Positions 1 to 9,297 of a stretch of DNA of 64,000 nt are shown in pieces. Position 1 is the first letter of the stretch. Every line of letters starts with the position of its first letter. A program made the position numbers and the translations under genes. This stretch comes from an uncultured Candidatus Entotheonella sp. (lineage in GTDB: Bacteria; Tectomicrobia; Entotheonellia; Entotheonellales; Entotheonellaceae). The notes beneath the pieces are model-generated. The model was given only the letters and a program-made list of their open reading frames with translations, did not search any database and had not been told where the DNA came from. The stretch lies in contig CBDCDA010000001.1 of assembly GCA_965215335.1 (NCBI GenBank), positions 192,001-256,000 on the forward strand, in the 5' to 3' direction.

Positions 1-2
1 GG

Positions 3-299
3 CACTTCATGCTGCAGGCGCAGTCGCTCGACGACGTCGGCTCGACGTACACCCTGTGCCAGGACCAGGGCGTGCCGATCAACCGCACCCTGGGACGGCA
101 CACCAACGACCACATGGTGTCGTTCTACATGGCGTCGCCGTCGGGCTTCGAGGTCGAATACGGATGGGGGGCGCGCACCGTGGACGACAGCACCTGGCAG
201 GTGCAGCAGCACACGACCGGCAGCATCTGGGGGCATCGCGCCCCGGCGGAGCAGCCGGTGGGCGCTCAGGGTCAGGCTGGAAAGGCAAAGGAGCAGTGA
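3..299 (+). CDS. Extradiol ring-cleavage dioxygenase (BphC/HsaC-like VOC family), C-terminal part, 5' truncated by the window edge
   Basis: Motifs HFML...LGRHTNDHMVSFYMASPSGFEVEYGWG...WGH are typical of type I extradiol dioxygenases. Confidence 0.85.
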   Translation, partial: HFMLQAQSLDDVGSTYTLCQDQGVPINRTLGRHTNDHMVSFYMASPSGFEVEYGWGARTVDDSTWQVQQHTTGSIWGHRAPAEQPVGAQGQAGKAKEQ

Positions 300-302
300 T
301 TC

Positions 303-743
303 ATGGCAACCCTGACCGAGGCACGGGTAGCGACCGTTCGCATGGTGGGTGAAGACGAGGCGAGCGGCAAGGTGGCGGCGATCTTCGACGATATCAAGGC
401 CACCAAGGGCCTGTCGTTCGTGCCCAATTTCTGGCGCGTTCTGGCGACGAACCCCGACCACCTGGAACTGGTGTGGACGAATCTGAAAACCCTCATGCAC
501 CCGGAGACTGTGGGGCGTGAGTCGCGGCTCGACCCGCTGACGCGGGAAATCATCGCCCTGGCGGTGTCGGCGACCAACGGCTGCGCCTATTGCACCAACT
601 CGCACACCGCGGCGGTGCGCAAGCTTGGACTGGATACCGAGGCGCTGGGCGAGGTGATGGCCATTATCGGCCTGTTCAACACCACCAACACCCTGGCCGA
701 CGGCTACCAGGTCGAGCCCGACGTGCTGCCGCCGCTGGATTGA
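303..743 (+). CDS. Carboxymuconolactone decarboxylase / AhpD-like protein
   Basis: REIIALAVSATNGCAYCTNSH carries the AhpD-type CxxC motif; GGAG RBS upstream. Confidence 0.85.
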   Translation: MATLTEARVATVRMVGEDEASGKVAAIFDDIKATKGLSFVPNFWRVLATNPDHLELVWTNLKTLMHPETVGRESRLDPLTREIIALAVSATNGCAYCTNSHTAAVRKLGLDTEALGEVMAIIGLFNTTNTLADGYQVEPDVLPPLD

Positions 744-750
744 CAGCCGG

Positions 751-1254
751 CTAGACGAGCAGGGCGCCTTCGTGTTGCAGCAGGCGTCGCTTGATCGCGA
801 TGCCGCCGGCATAACCGGTCAGCCGGCCGTTGGCGTCCACCACCCGGTGGCACGGAATGACGATGGCCACCGGGTTGCGCCCGTTGGCATGCCCGACGGC
901 CCGCACCGCGGTCGGCTGTCCAAGCCGCTCGGCGATCTCCCGGTACGTGGTCGTCGTGCCCCACGGAATCTGCCGCAATTCTCCCCACACCCGTTGTTGA
1001 AACGGTGTTCCTCCAGGCGCCACCGCCAATGTGAAGCGCTGGCGCCGTCCCTCGAAATACGCCTGCAACTGCTTCCGCGCCTCGTCGAGGACTCCCTCAT
1101 CTTCCTGCCAATCCGGCTCCCGCCGTACCGGGCGCTCGCCGTCCTGAAATTCGACGTGTGTCAGTCCCCGTGTCGTGCCGGCGATGCACAATGCGCCAAA
1201 GGGGGTATCAAGGATGGTGTAGCGCACAGGTTCAGCAGGACACGAGGCAGGCAT
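751..1254 (-). CDS. ogt: Methylated-DNA--protein-cysteine S-methyltransferase
   Basis: Active-site PCHRV, plus GTPFQQRVW and RAVGHANGRNP. Confidence 0.93.
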   Translation of the reverse strand: MPASCPAEPVRYTILDTPFGALCIAGTTRGLTHVEFQDGERPVRREPDWQEDEGVLDEARKQLQAYFEGRRQRFTLAVAPGGTPFQQRVWGELRQIPWGTTTTYREIAERLGQPTAVRAVGHANGRNPVAIVIPCHRVVDANGRLTGYAGGIAIKRRLLQHEGALLV

Positions 1255-1445
1255 GAGCGTATCTCCTCGATTTCAAGAGCGACCCGGCGGACGAGATGAT
1301 CGCCGCCACCAGCATCGGGCACCATGTGCCCCGGCTCACGCGCGATCGCGTCGTCCGAGGTTCACGGGTCGTGCCCCTGGCCTCACAGGCCCAAAACGCG
1401 AACCCACAGGTCGGATCACGATGCGCTGATCCGACCCGCACATGA

Positions 1446-2279
1446 CTAACTCTTCACCGCGCCCATGCTGAGGCCGCGGATGAAGTAGCGGCTGAGGAAG
1501 GCGAACAGGGCCAGCAGGGGCAGGCAGATCATGGTCGAGCCCGCCATCAGCTCGCCCCAATTGGCGTCGTAGGCATCGTCGATGGAGGCGAGGCCATAGG
1601 GCAGGGTCTTGAGTTCGTCGGAGGTGATGAGGATGAGCGAGAAGACGAAATCCGACCACGACAGCACGAACGCAAACAGCACCACCGTCAGCACGCCGGG
1701 CAGCGTCAGGGGCATGATGACCCGGTAAATGGCCTGCAGGCGCGAGCAGCCGTCGATGAACGCCGACTCCTCCACCTCGAACGGGAAGTTCTTGAAGAAT
1801 CCCCACATCAGCCATACACCGAGCGGCAGCGTGAAGGTGCTGTGCGTCAGGATGAGGCTCAGGCGCGTGTCGTCGAGGCCGATCTTCACCAGGAAGATAT
1901 AGATCGGAATGGCCAGCAGCAGGGCCGGGAACATGTACGCGAAAAGCATCGCCCGCACCATGAGCATCATGCCCGGCAGGCGGCTGCGCACCAGGGCGTA
2001 GGCCATCGGCGTCACCACCGCCACGGTCAGCACGGTGGTGCCCACGGCGATGAGAATGCTGTTGACGTAATACGTCGGGAAGTCCGTCAGGCTGAGGATA
2101 GTCTTGTAGCCCTGCCACGAATACGGCCCCGGCAGCAGCAGCGGCTCGAACAGCGCGCGCCCGGCGCGCAGCCCCGAAATGACCATCCAGTACATCGGGA
2201 ACAGCGAGTACAGGACGACCCCGACAAAGAGCAGCACCAGGAAGACGCGACGGATCAGAACCCAGTTCGTTTTGCGCAT
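1446..2279 (-). CDS. Carbohydrate ABC transporter permease (MalG-like)
   Basis: Six hydrophobic segments and EAA loop EESAFIDGCS. Confidence 0.92.
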   Translation of the reverse strand: MRKTNWVLIRRVFLVLLFVGVVLYSLFPMYWMVISGLRAGRALFEPLLLPGPYSWQGYKTILSLTDFPTYYVNSILIAVGTTVLTVAVVTPMAYALVRSRLPGMMLMVRAMLFAYMFPALLLAIPIYIFLVKIGLDDTRLSLILTHSTFTLPLGVWLMWGFFKNFPFEVEESAFIDGCSRLQAIYRVIMPLTLPGVLTVVLFAFVLSWSDFVFSLILITSDELKTLPYGLASIDDAYDANWGELMAGSTMICLPLLALFAFLSRYFIRGLSMGAVKS

Positions 2280-3215
2280 CTAGTGCTCCTCCAGGGGAAA
2301 CATCCGGAAGTAAATCCAGATCAACAGGGCCAGGAACACGAAGATCGACGTGGCGATGGCGGTGCCGCCGCCGATGTCGAACATGTCGAAGGTCCTGACG
2401 TAGGCCAGGATGGGCAGGTGCTCGGTGCTGGTGAGCGGTCCGCCGTTGGTCATCAGCCACACGATGTCGAATTTGTTGAACATGAAAATGGTGCGCAGCA
2501 TGACGATGACGATCAGCACCGGCTTGAGCACCGGCAGGGTGATGTGGACGAGGCGTTTCCAGGCGTTGGCGCCGTCCACTGCGGCGGCGTCGTACAGATC
2601 GTCGGAGATGGTCTGCAGGGCCGCCAGGAAGGTGATGGTGACGAACGGCGTCCAGTACCACACGCTGACGAAAATGATGGAGAACCAGGCCGCCAGCGGC
2701 GAGGTGAACCAGGCGATGGGGCCGATGCCGATGGTCTCCAGGAACGTGTTGAAGATGCCGTAGTTGACGTTGAGGAGCCACTTCCAGACGTACACCACCA
2801 CCACGGTCGGCAGGATGTAGGGCGCCAGCGCGGCGCTGCGCAGCAGGTTGCGGCCGCGAAATTCCTGGTGCAGCAGCAGCGCGATGCCGATGCCGAGGAC
2901 CACCTGCAGGGCCACCGTGGCCACGGCGTAGAGCACCCCGTGCCAGAACGCATCCCAGTAACGCGGCTCGGAAAACACCCGGACGTAGTTGCCCAGCCCG
3001 ACGAACGTCGGCTCGTCGATAAAGCTCTCGGCGTGGAAAAAGCTCAGCTGGATGGCGTAAATGACGGGGATGAACAGCGCCCCGATGCCGAGCACCATGC
3101 CGGGTGCCAGGAAGGCGACAAAGAGCTTGCGATCGCGTCGTTCCAGAGGGCCGGCGCGGGAGACTTCTTGCGGCGCCGGCAGCGCCAGCGAAGCCGTGCG
3201 GCGCAGGGTGACCAT
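2280..3215 (-). CDS. Carbohydrate ABC transporter permease (MalF-like)
   Basis: FVGLGNY and DLYDAAAVDGA motifs; abuts the next permease. Confidence 0.92.
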   Translation of the reverse strand: MVTLRRTASLALPAPQEVSRAGPLERRDRKLFVAFLAPGMVLGIGALFIPVIYAIQLSFFHAESFIDEPTFVGLGNYVRVFSEPRYWDAFWHGVLYAVATVALQVVLGIGIALLLHQEFRGRNLLRSAALAPYILPTVVVVYVWKWLLNVNYGIFNTFLETIGIGPIAWFTSPLAAWFSIIFVSVWYWTPFVTITFLAALQTISDDLYDAAAVDGANAWKRLVHITLPVLKPVLIVIVMLRTIFMFNKFDIVWLMTNGGPLTSTEHLPILAYVRTFDMFDIGGGTAIATSIFVFLALLIWIYFRMFPLEEH

Positions 3216-3219
3216 GGTG

Positions 3220-4575
3220 TCAACTCCTCGTGGTAAAGCCCCGGATCTCCTCGGCCGTGGCGTCCACGGCCTCGCTCGGGGTCAGGCGTTTCAACAGCAC
3301 GTTCTGGTACATCCTGGCGAGGACATTGGAAATCGCGAAGCGGGCGTGGTTCGGCGACGGGTGGGGGCCCTGAAAATCGATGGAGCCGACCAGCGTCGTA
3401 TCCGTGTTCATGAACTCGCGCATCGTGTCAACGGCCTCCCGGTGCTTCTCGATCAGCGGGTGACTGCGCCATTTCTCGTTCTCGTAGGTGGAAAACTGCG
3501 TCGGCTGGTAATGCAGCGGCACCGTGAGCTGGTAGTCGACAAGGCGCTCGGTGTCGAGAAACCAGCGGAAAAAATCCACCGTCAATTCGGAATTTTCCGT
3601 CTTGCCGATGGAAAAGCCGTCGTCCCCGTACGTCACCGCCCGGCGCCCGCCGTCGGGCCCCGGATAGGACATGATGCCGTATTTGTCGGCCAGTTCCGGG
3701 TTGCGGTCCTCAATGGTGTGGATGGCGCGGCCGGTGTACGAGGTGATGGCCGACAGGCCGGACGAGAAGTTGATCAGCATGTCCTTCAGGCTCGTTTCCA
3801 TCGGTCCCGGCGGCGTGTACTTCGCCACCTCGGCGAGGAACTCCAGCGTTCGGACGGCGCGCGGCTTGACGTCGTCGGAATCCAGCACGACGTTCCACTC
3901 GTTGTCGTAAAACTGCACCCCGGCGGCCCACAGAAAAGCCGAGTTGCCCCACAGGGTATGCGTCCCGCCGTAGGGCAGGGTGATGGCGTAGCGCTTGCTG
4001 GCCGGGTCATTGAGGGCGCGCAGCACCTCCAGAAACTCGTCCCAGTCGTTGGGCACTTGCAGGCCCTTGTCGGCGAACAGGTCTTTGCGGTAGAGCAGGT
4101 AATTGAAGTTGTAGTCGTAGGGGTAGAGCCAGTAGTCGTCCTGGAACAGGCGCAGCGCCCGCGGCCCGAAATCCTCCTCCCCGACTTCGCGGATGATGTC
4201 GGTAAGGGGAACGAGCTGCCCCTCCTCGGCCAGCAGGATGGCCAGGTTGGTGAAGAAGATGATGAAGTCGTACGGTTTGCCGGCCTTGATGGCGGTGGTC
4301 ACCTTGGTGGCCGTCTGCATCACCGGCACGGTTTCGATCTTCACCCGCACGCCGGTTTCGGCCCGGTAGGTCCTGGCCATTGCCTTCAGGAAGGCAATGG
4401 TGTCGGGATCCGTTTCGTTGTTGAAAATGCGAATCGTGCCCTTGCGGGCGTACACCCGCTGCGGCATGCCGGCCGATCCCAGCAACGCCGCCCCGCCCGC
4501 GGCGCCGAGCGTGTGCAGAAAACGACGGCGCGGCATGGCCGCGCCGAACAATGGCGATGGACGCTGAGCAGCCAT
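3220..4575 (-). CDS. Sugar ABC transporter substrate-binding protein with Tat signal
   Basis: Twin-arginine RRRFL signal, LLYRKDLF..GLQVPNDWDEF motif, upstream of two permeases. Confidence 0.88.
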   Translation of the reverse strand: MAAQRPSPLFGAAMPRRRFLHTLGAAGGAALLGSAGMPQRVYARKGTIRIFNNETDPDTIAFLKAMARTYRAETGVRVKIETVPVMQTATKVTTAIKAGKPYDFIIFFTNLAILLAEEGQLVPLTDIIREVGEEDFGPRALRLFQDDYWLYPYDYNFNYLLYRKDLFADKGLQVPNDWDEFLEVLRALNDPASKRYAITLPYGGTHTLWGNSAFLWAAGVQFYDNEWNVVLDSDDVKPRAVRTLEFLAEVAKYTPPGPMETSLKDMLINFSSGLSAITSYTGRAIHTIEDRNPELADKYGIMSYPGPDGGRRAVTYGDDGFSIGKTENSELTVDFFRWFLDTERLVDYQLTVPLHYQPTQFSTYENEKWRSHPLIEKHREAVDTMREFMNTDTTLVGSIDFQGPHPSPNHARFAISNVLARMYQNVLLKRLTPSEAVDATAEEIRGFTTRS

Positions 4576-4731
4576 GACTTCCCCCCTTAGCTCGTGTCTC
4601 GACGTCGTGAAGCCTGATCACACCCTTCACCCGAACTGAACGGACGTCATCCTACCACACATCTGGCACGTCTGGCGCGAAAAGAACCGCCTGCACGGCA
4701 GCCTTGCAAACACGTCTCACCTGTGGCCGGG

Positions 4732-4818
4732 TGTACAGTCCCGGAGATTGCTGGTGCGATCCGTTCCGTGCAATCGAAAGGAGGCACTATGGGACAGGTA
4801 CTTCACGGCAGCGCCACG
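4732..4818 (+). mobile_element. IS481-family remnant: left end plus the first ~10 codons of the transposase
   Basis: TGT end at 4732, AAAGGAGG RBS, ATG at 4789 reading MGQVLHGSAT, which I recall as a typical IS481-family N-terminus; similarity then stops abruptly. Confidence 0.6.
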
Positions 4819-4913
4819 GCGTTCGGGCGGAGGCGGCCAAGACGGTCAGCAGCGACGTCAGCGTCAGCGACATCCTTCGCCACACGACGGTTCCGGTTTT
4901 CATGTCGCATTGA
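4819..4913 (+). pseudogene. Universal stress protein C-terminal fragment
   Basis: Reads GVRAEAAKTVSSDVSVSDILRHTTVPVFMSH*, a USP-type ending that lacks the usual GAYGHSR segment. Confidence 0.55.
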
Positions 4914-4938
4914 CGCGGCCGCGGGCACACCCGTCACG

Positions 4939-6492
4939 CTACAGGGCACTGGAGGATGCGCCTGCGTCGATGAGTTCACGGAGCTTGTCGGTCAATGTTT
5001 TCGGATCGGAAGTCGTACGGACCCGCCGCCAGGAGACAGCACCGGTCTCATGGCGCATTTGCATCTCGACGACCGTGGCGGTCGCATCGGAAACATCGCG
5101 TCCACGGCGCGCGACCCGTTCGACAAGGGTCGCTTCGGGCGCCTCCAACCAGAGACCTGTGAACCGCACGCCGTGTTTGGCCGCGAGTCGTTCCAACGCC
5201 AGGCGGTCTCGAGGTGTTGCGTGAACCGCATCGATGATCACGCTCGCGCCAGCAGTGAGTGCCGCTTCGGCGTCGATGCGTAATTTTTCGTAGACTCTCG
5301 CGCTTACCCGGGCCGTGTAGGCAGCAGCAGGCAAGCGATTCTCAGGAGCGCTTCCGAGCATGCGTTTGCGCACAACATCGCTTTGCAGCACGACCGCGCC
5401 AGGAGCGCGCCCGATTGCCGGGGCGAGCCGTCGGGCAACGGTGGACTTGCCGCTGCCTGACAGACCGCCGAGGGCAACCAGGCGTGCTGGTCGAGGCTCG
5501 GACACGTGGAGCGCCAGATTGAAGTAGGCACGGGCGTCTTCACGCCTTTCCAGGCGGGTATCGTCATCGGAACTGCTCTCGCTCGCCGCCGCGGTGACGT
5601 GCGCTCGGATGGCCGCTCGACACGACAGGAACAGCGGCAGCGGGAGCAGTCCCTCGAGATCATCCCGCCACCACAGATAGCGATTGAGGATGCGATTCGC
5701 CTCGATTGTCAAGCCGCGACGCCACAGGTCCATGAGGAGAAAGGCGAGGTCGTAGAAGACGTCGATGCAAGCGAACGTCTCGCTGAATTCGATCGCGTCG
5801 AACAAGGTCGGTCGATTGTCAACCAGACACACGTTGCGAAGATGCAGGTCGCCGTGGCAGCGGCGCACCAAGCCGTTCTCTCGTCGTCGCTCAAGACATT
5901 GATCAAGTCGTGCGAGCGTGGCGCGCATTGCCACGTTCAGCCTCTCGATACGTGCATCGTCGAAAAGGTCGGGATAACGCGCGAGCTCGGCCGTATTCTC
6001 CTCGACGACTTCGGCTATCGCCGTCGTTCCGCCAAACTCGGGCGCCGGTTCGGCGTGTTCGTGAAACCGAGCGATCGCGTCAGCGAGACCGTCGATCAAC
6101 GCGCCGTCCAATTCACCGCGCCGCGCCAATTCGCTGAACACCTGGTTCTCGTCGAAGCGCGCCATGACGACAACCCAATCCACGATCTCTCCTTGGCCAC
6201 CCCAGCCGAGATTGCCGTCGTTGCGACGCATGATCGGAAGGGTCTCACGATAGATCGTGGGCGCCGTTCTCCGATTAACACGCAACTCCGCTTCGCACGC
6301 CAGGCGTCGCCTGGACACCGTCGAGTAATCCATGTAGTCGAAATACACGGCACGCTTCAGCTTGACAGCACGCTCGCCAGCCAGGAACACGAAGGCCCCA
6401 TGTGTGTCAATCCGCCGAACCGGCAACTCGATGCCGTAGCTCTCCGGCCTGGACAGGAACTCGACGACCTCGGATTGATCTTCAACAATCAT
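4939..6492 (-). CDS. Aminoglycoside phosphotransferase-like / AAA_33 kinase fusion protein
   Basis: RRCHGDLHLRNV and FDAIEF kinase motifs, C-terminal P-loop GLSGSGKST; start set at MIVEDQ (ATG 6492). Confidence 0.88.
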   Translation of the reverse strand: MIVEDQSEVVEFLSRPESYGIELPVRRIDTHGAFVFLAGERAVKLKRAVYFDYMDYSTVSRRRLACEAELRVNRRTAPTIYRETLPIMRRNDGNLGWGGQGEIVDWVVVMARFDENQVFSELARRGELDGALIDGLADAIARFHEHAEPAPEFGGTTAIAEVVEENTAELARYPDLFDDARIERLNVAMRATLARLDQCLERRRENGLVRRCHGDLHLRNVCLVDNRPTLFDAIEFSETFACIDVFYDLAFLLMDLWRRGLTIEANRILNRYLWWRDDLEGLLPLPLFLSCRAAIRAHVTAAASESSSDDDTRLERREDARAYFNLALHVSEPRPARLVALGGLSGSGKSTVARRLAPAIGRAPGAVVLQSDVVRKRMLGSAPENRLPAAAYTARVSARVYEKLRIDAEAALTAGASVIIDAVHATPRDRLALERLAAKHGVRFTGLWLEAPEATLVERVARRGRDVSDATATVVEMQMRHETGAVSWRRVRTTSDPKTLTDKLRELIDAGASSSAL

Positions 6493-6662
6493 GTTGGCGG
6501 TTCCCCCCAAGCTATCGGGTAAGGGGACTCGATTTTGCACAAACTTTCCGAGGACGACCTGCGACGCGGCGGGCGTTCGGAAACGTCCGCCGGTGGTGCC
6601 CATCGCGTCGGTTGCCAGGGCGCCGATTACAGAGCCGGCAAACACCTCGACTCCTTGAAGAA

Positions 6663-7100
6663 CTATGCCTTTTCCCCGCCGTCCGCTCCAGCCATTGTCA
6701 TGCAACAGCCGTCCGCGCGGGGAATTCCCGGGAAATCGTCTACGTCCTCAATCACCCGGTACCACTCCCAGCCAAGTCCCTCGGGCTCCTGCGCCCAGAC
6801 CTTATGTTGCCTGGCATGGCAACACACCGGGTCGTTCTCAACGTGGTGTTCGAGGCCGCCGGTCCTGATGCGTTCCAAGGCATCACGCACCTCGGTGTCG
6901 TCGAAGACCTCGACGCCCAGATGGTTCAGGCGTTCACGCGCCCAAGGTGCCTCGAACAGGACAAGCTTGAGCGGCGGCTCGGCGATCGCGAAGTTGGCGT
7001 ATCCGGGCTTCCGCTTGTCGGGCTCGACCCCGAACATCTTCGAGTAGAACTCAACGGCGGAATCCAGGTCGTCAACATTGAGGGCGAGTTGCAGACGCAT
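6663..7100 (-). CDS. arsI: ArsI/CadI family glyoxalase-like protein
   Basis: MRLQLALNVDDL..GYANFAIAEPPLKLVLFE..LNHLGVEV..CCHARQHKVW; next to an arsR-like gene. Confidence 0.8.
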   Translation of the reverse strand: MRLQLALNVDDLDSAVEFYSKMFGVEPDKRKPGYANFAIAEPPLKLVLFEAPWARERLNHLGVEVFDDTEVRDALERIRTGGLEHHVENDPVCCHARQHKVWAQEPEGLGWEWYRVIEDVDDFPGIPRADGCCMTMAGADGGEKA

Positions 7101-7120
7101 GAGATTTCCTCCAACTGGAA

Positions 7121-7380
7121 TCAGGTGCGAGGTGGGCATGACGACCCCTCGCAGCAGTTTTCGGTCAGGAATTCGAGCAGGGTGTTCATCGCCGCGAAGT
7201 CGGGGCTGTAGATCAGCGAGCGGCCTTCACGCCGACAGCGCACCAGGCCCGCATGCCTGAGTTCTTTCAGATGAAAGGACAACGTGGCGCCGGGGACCTT
7301 CAACCGCTCGCTCACGACGCCTGCGTTGAGACCTTCGGGACCGGCGCGGACGAGAAGTCGGAAGACGTCGAATCGAAATA
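7121..7380 (-). pseudogene. arsR: ArsR/SmtB regulator, apparently missing its N-terminus
   Basis: FRLLVRAGPEGL..LSFHLKELRHAGLV..LTENCC is an ArsR core, but the first helix and a plausible start codon are absent. Confidence 0.7.
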
Positions 7381-7446
7381 TATCCAATGGCAGCGCCCAG
7401 CCAGATCGACGCCGCGCGGAGAAGGAAGACAAGTCCAGACACCCGC

Positions 7447-8976
7447 CTACCACGCAGAGCCACCGGCCTCATGTGTGACCAGGATGACGTGCTCCGCGAC
7501 GGTGGTGGCAATCTCCAGGTCGCCGTCGACGATGCGCCAGGCGTCGGACGGACAGCCGTCGATTTCGACCTGACATGAGGCAGGATCGACATTGGCGACG
7601 CGGAAGGCCGTCGGCTGGCCGGTGGCGGGGGGCAGGCCGGCGTCGGTGGCGACGACGAGACGGCCGCGGGTGGCATCATAGGTGGCCCGGGAGAGGCAGA
7701 CGGTCGGGAAATCGACGCCGTGCACCGTGGGTTCTTCGAACTTGCGGAGCCTGGGTGCGTTGAACAGCCGTTGCCAAGCGCCCGCGGACAGGGCTTCGGC
7801 CATCATCCGGGTGGCGTTGAACTGGCCGCGCGGGTGCGGCTCGTCGAGTCCGAATCCCCAGGTGAATTCGCCTGTGACGTCATTCCAGGCGGGTTCGTGA
7901 CGCGCTTCGCAGTGGGCTGCGAGCTTGTCGCAGATGGCATTCTCGCCAAACTCGCGGGCCAGGACGAGACCCCACAGGGTGAAGCGGGGATTGCCGCGCG
8001 GCTCGCGCAACGGGGCGTCGGTCGTCCAGCCGAGGCGTTCGGCGGCGGCGGCGAAGATCAACGCGGCCACCTCGGGCTTCTGCGGCGCCAGGTAGACCGC
8101 CATCATCAGGGCGCTTTCGGGACCGCGGCGGTGGTCGTAGTGCAGGATGGGGTCGTAATACAGGGTCAGGGTGTCACGCAGCCGGCCGTCGCGCAGCCCC
8201 AGATAGTGGCGCTCGGCGTGTAACCACCACTGGTCGAACACCTCATGGAAGCTGGTGCCGAAAAGCGTATCGAACAGCCCCAGACCGAGGCCGGCGGCGC
8301 TCAGTCAGACGGGCCAGATCTTGGTGTTCTCGCAATGGCACCCCTCGTGCCGCGCGCCCCACTGGTCAGCCAGCAACTCGGCAATCGTGCGGTGTGACCA
8401 CGTAAACGTGCTGGCCCCGTCGCGGATCATCTCGAACGGCTGCTCCCACTTGTCGTCGCCAGAGACGTAGCGGTGCAGGCCGAGCATCAGCAGAAAGAAC
8501 CCCTTGAAGAACAGGTTGCCGTCGGCGCCGATGGGGTCTATCTGCAGCCCCCACGGTTCGACGCCGTTGGCCGTCCAACCCGGCACGTCGTACTTGCCGC
8601 GCAGTTTCGGGGCCATGAAATACGCGTACCACGCCTCGGGATACGACGCCCGCCGCGGGTCGGGGCCGATCTGTTCCAGCCAGTCTCTGGCCGCCCAGTA
8701 ACCGGTGTGACGGTAAAGCAGTTCATCCAGCACCCGGCCGTAGACCTCACGCCAGGCGGGCGTGAGGTCGGCCATCAGGGCCACGGCATAGCTCGACTCG
8801 ATCAGGTCGAAACGGTGCCACGACAGCGTCGGCTCGTTGCTGAGCGCATCCCAGTGCGGGTGCGGTCGCCCCTCCTTGCTCCAGTCGTCCGGCGTGGTAG
8901 CCTTGCGGTACAGATAGCGCAGCCAGCCCCGGCAGCGCGTCGAGGTGGCGGGATACCCCGCGACCGTCTGGCTCAT
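7447..8976 (-). CDS. Linalool dehydratase/isomerase-like protein with an in-frame TGA (probable selenocysteine) at 8305-8307
   Basis: ORFs 8305-8988 and 7447-8241 share a frame and join as HCENTKIWPV-TGA-LSAAGLGLGLFDTLFGT; TPAWRE motif; GGAGGAG RBS before ATG 8976. Confidence 0.75.
8275..8293 (-). promoter_or_regulatory. Putative bacterial SECIS hairpin
   Basis: CGGCCUCG-GUC-UGGGGCUG hairpin begins 11 nt after the UGA; apical GGUCUG resembles the E. coli fdhF SECIS. Confidence 0.65.
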
Positions 8977-9063
8977 CGGCTCCTCCAAATCAACCCCTCC
9001 CCCCGAATCGTTCAGCGTCAGTTTTCAGCACGCCCGGGCGGCGTGTCAAGCCGGCGCCAGCGA

Positions 9064-9104
9064 TTGACATCGCGCCGAACCATGTCCGAACCATGTGCTA
9101 CAAT
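9064..9104 (+). promoter_or_regulatory. Sigma70-like promoter with an 11-bp tandem duplication in the spacer
   Basis: TTGACA at 9064-9069, TG-c-TACAAT ending 9104; the 29-nt spacer contains (CCGAACCATGT)x2. Confidence 0.5.
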
Positions 9105-9297
9105 GGCGCCCCGACGACAGAATCAATTGCCGTCGGGCGCGCAACCGCGATCACCCATCTACCTGGAATCGCCAAGAGTCGCCAAGAGTAATGCAGATCC
9201 CTGACTGAGACCAAGGATCCTGGTCGTGGATATCCTCCGGTAGCAGCGCCGTCACGATTTGGCCCTGGGGACTCGGCCAAGGGAAGAACAACGGAAC

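Noticed and set aside
9050..9063. 14-bp match AGCCGGCGCCAGCG shared with the CRISPR leader near 51024
   Set aside because: A GC-rich 14-mer is expected by chance in a 64-kb high-GC window.
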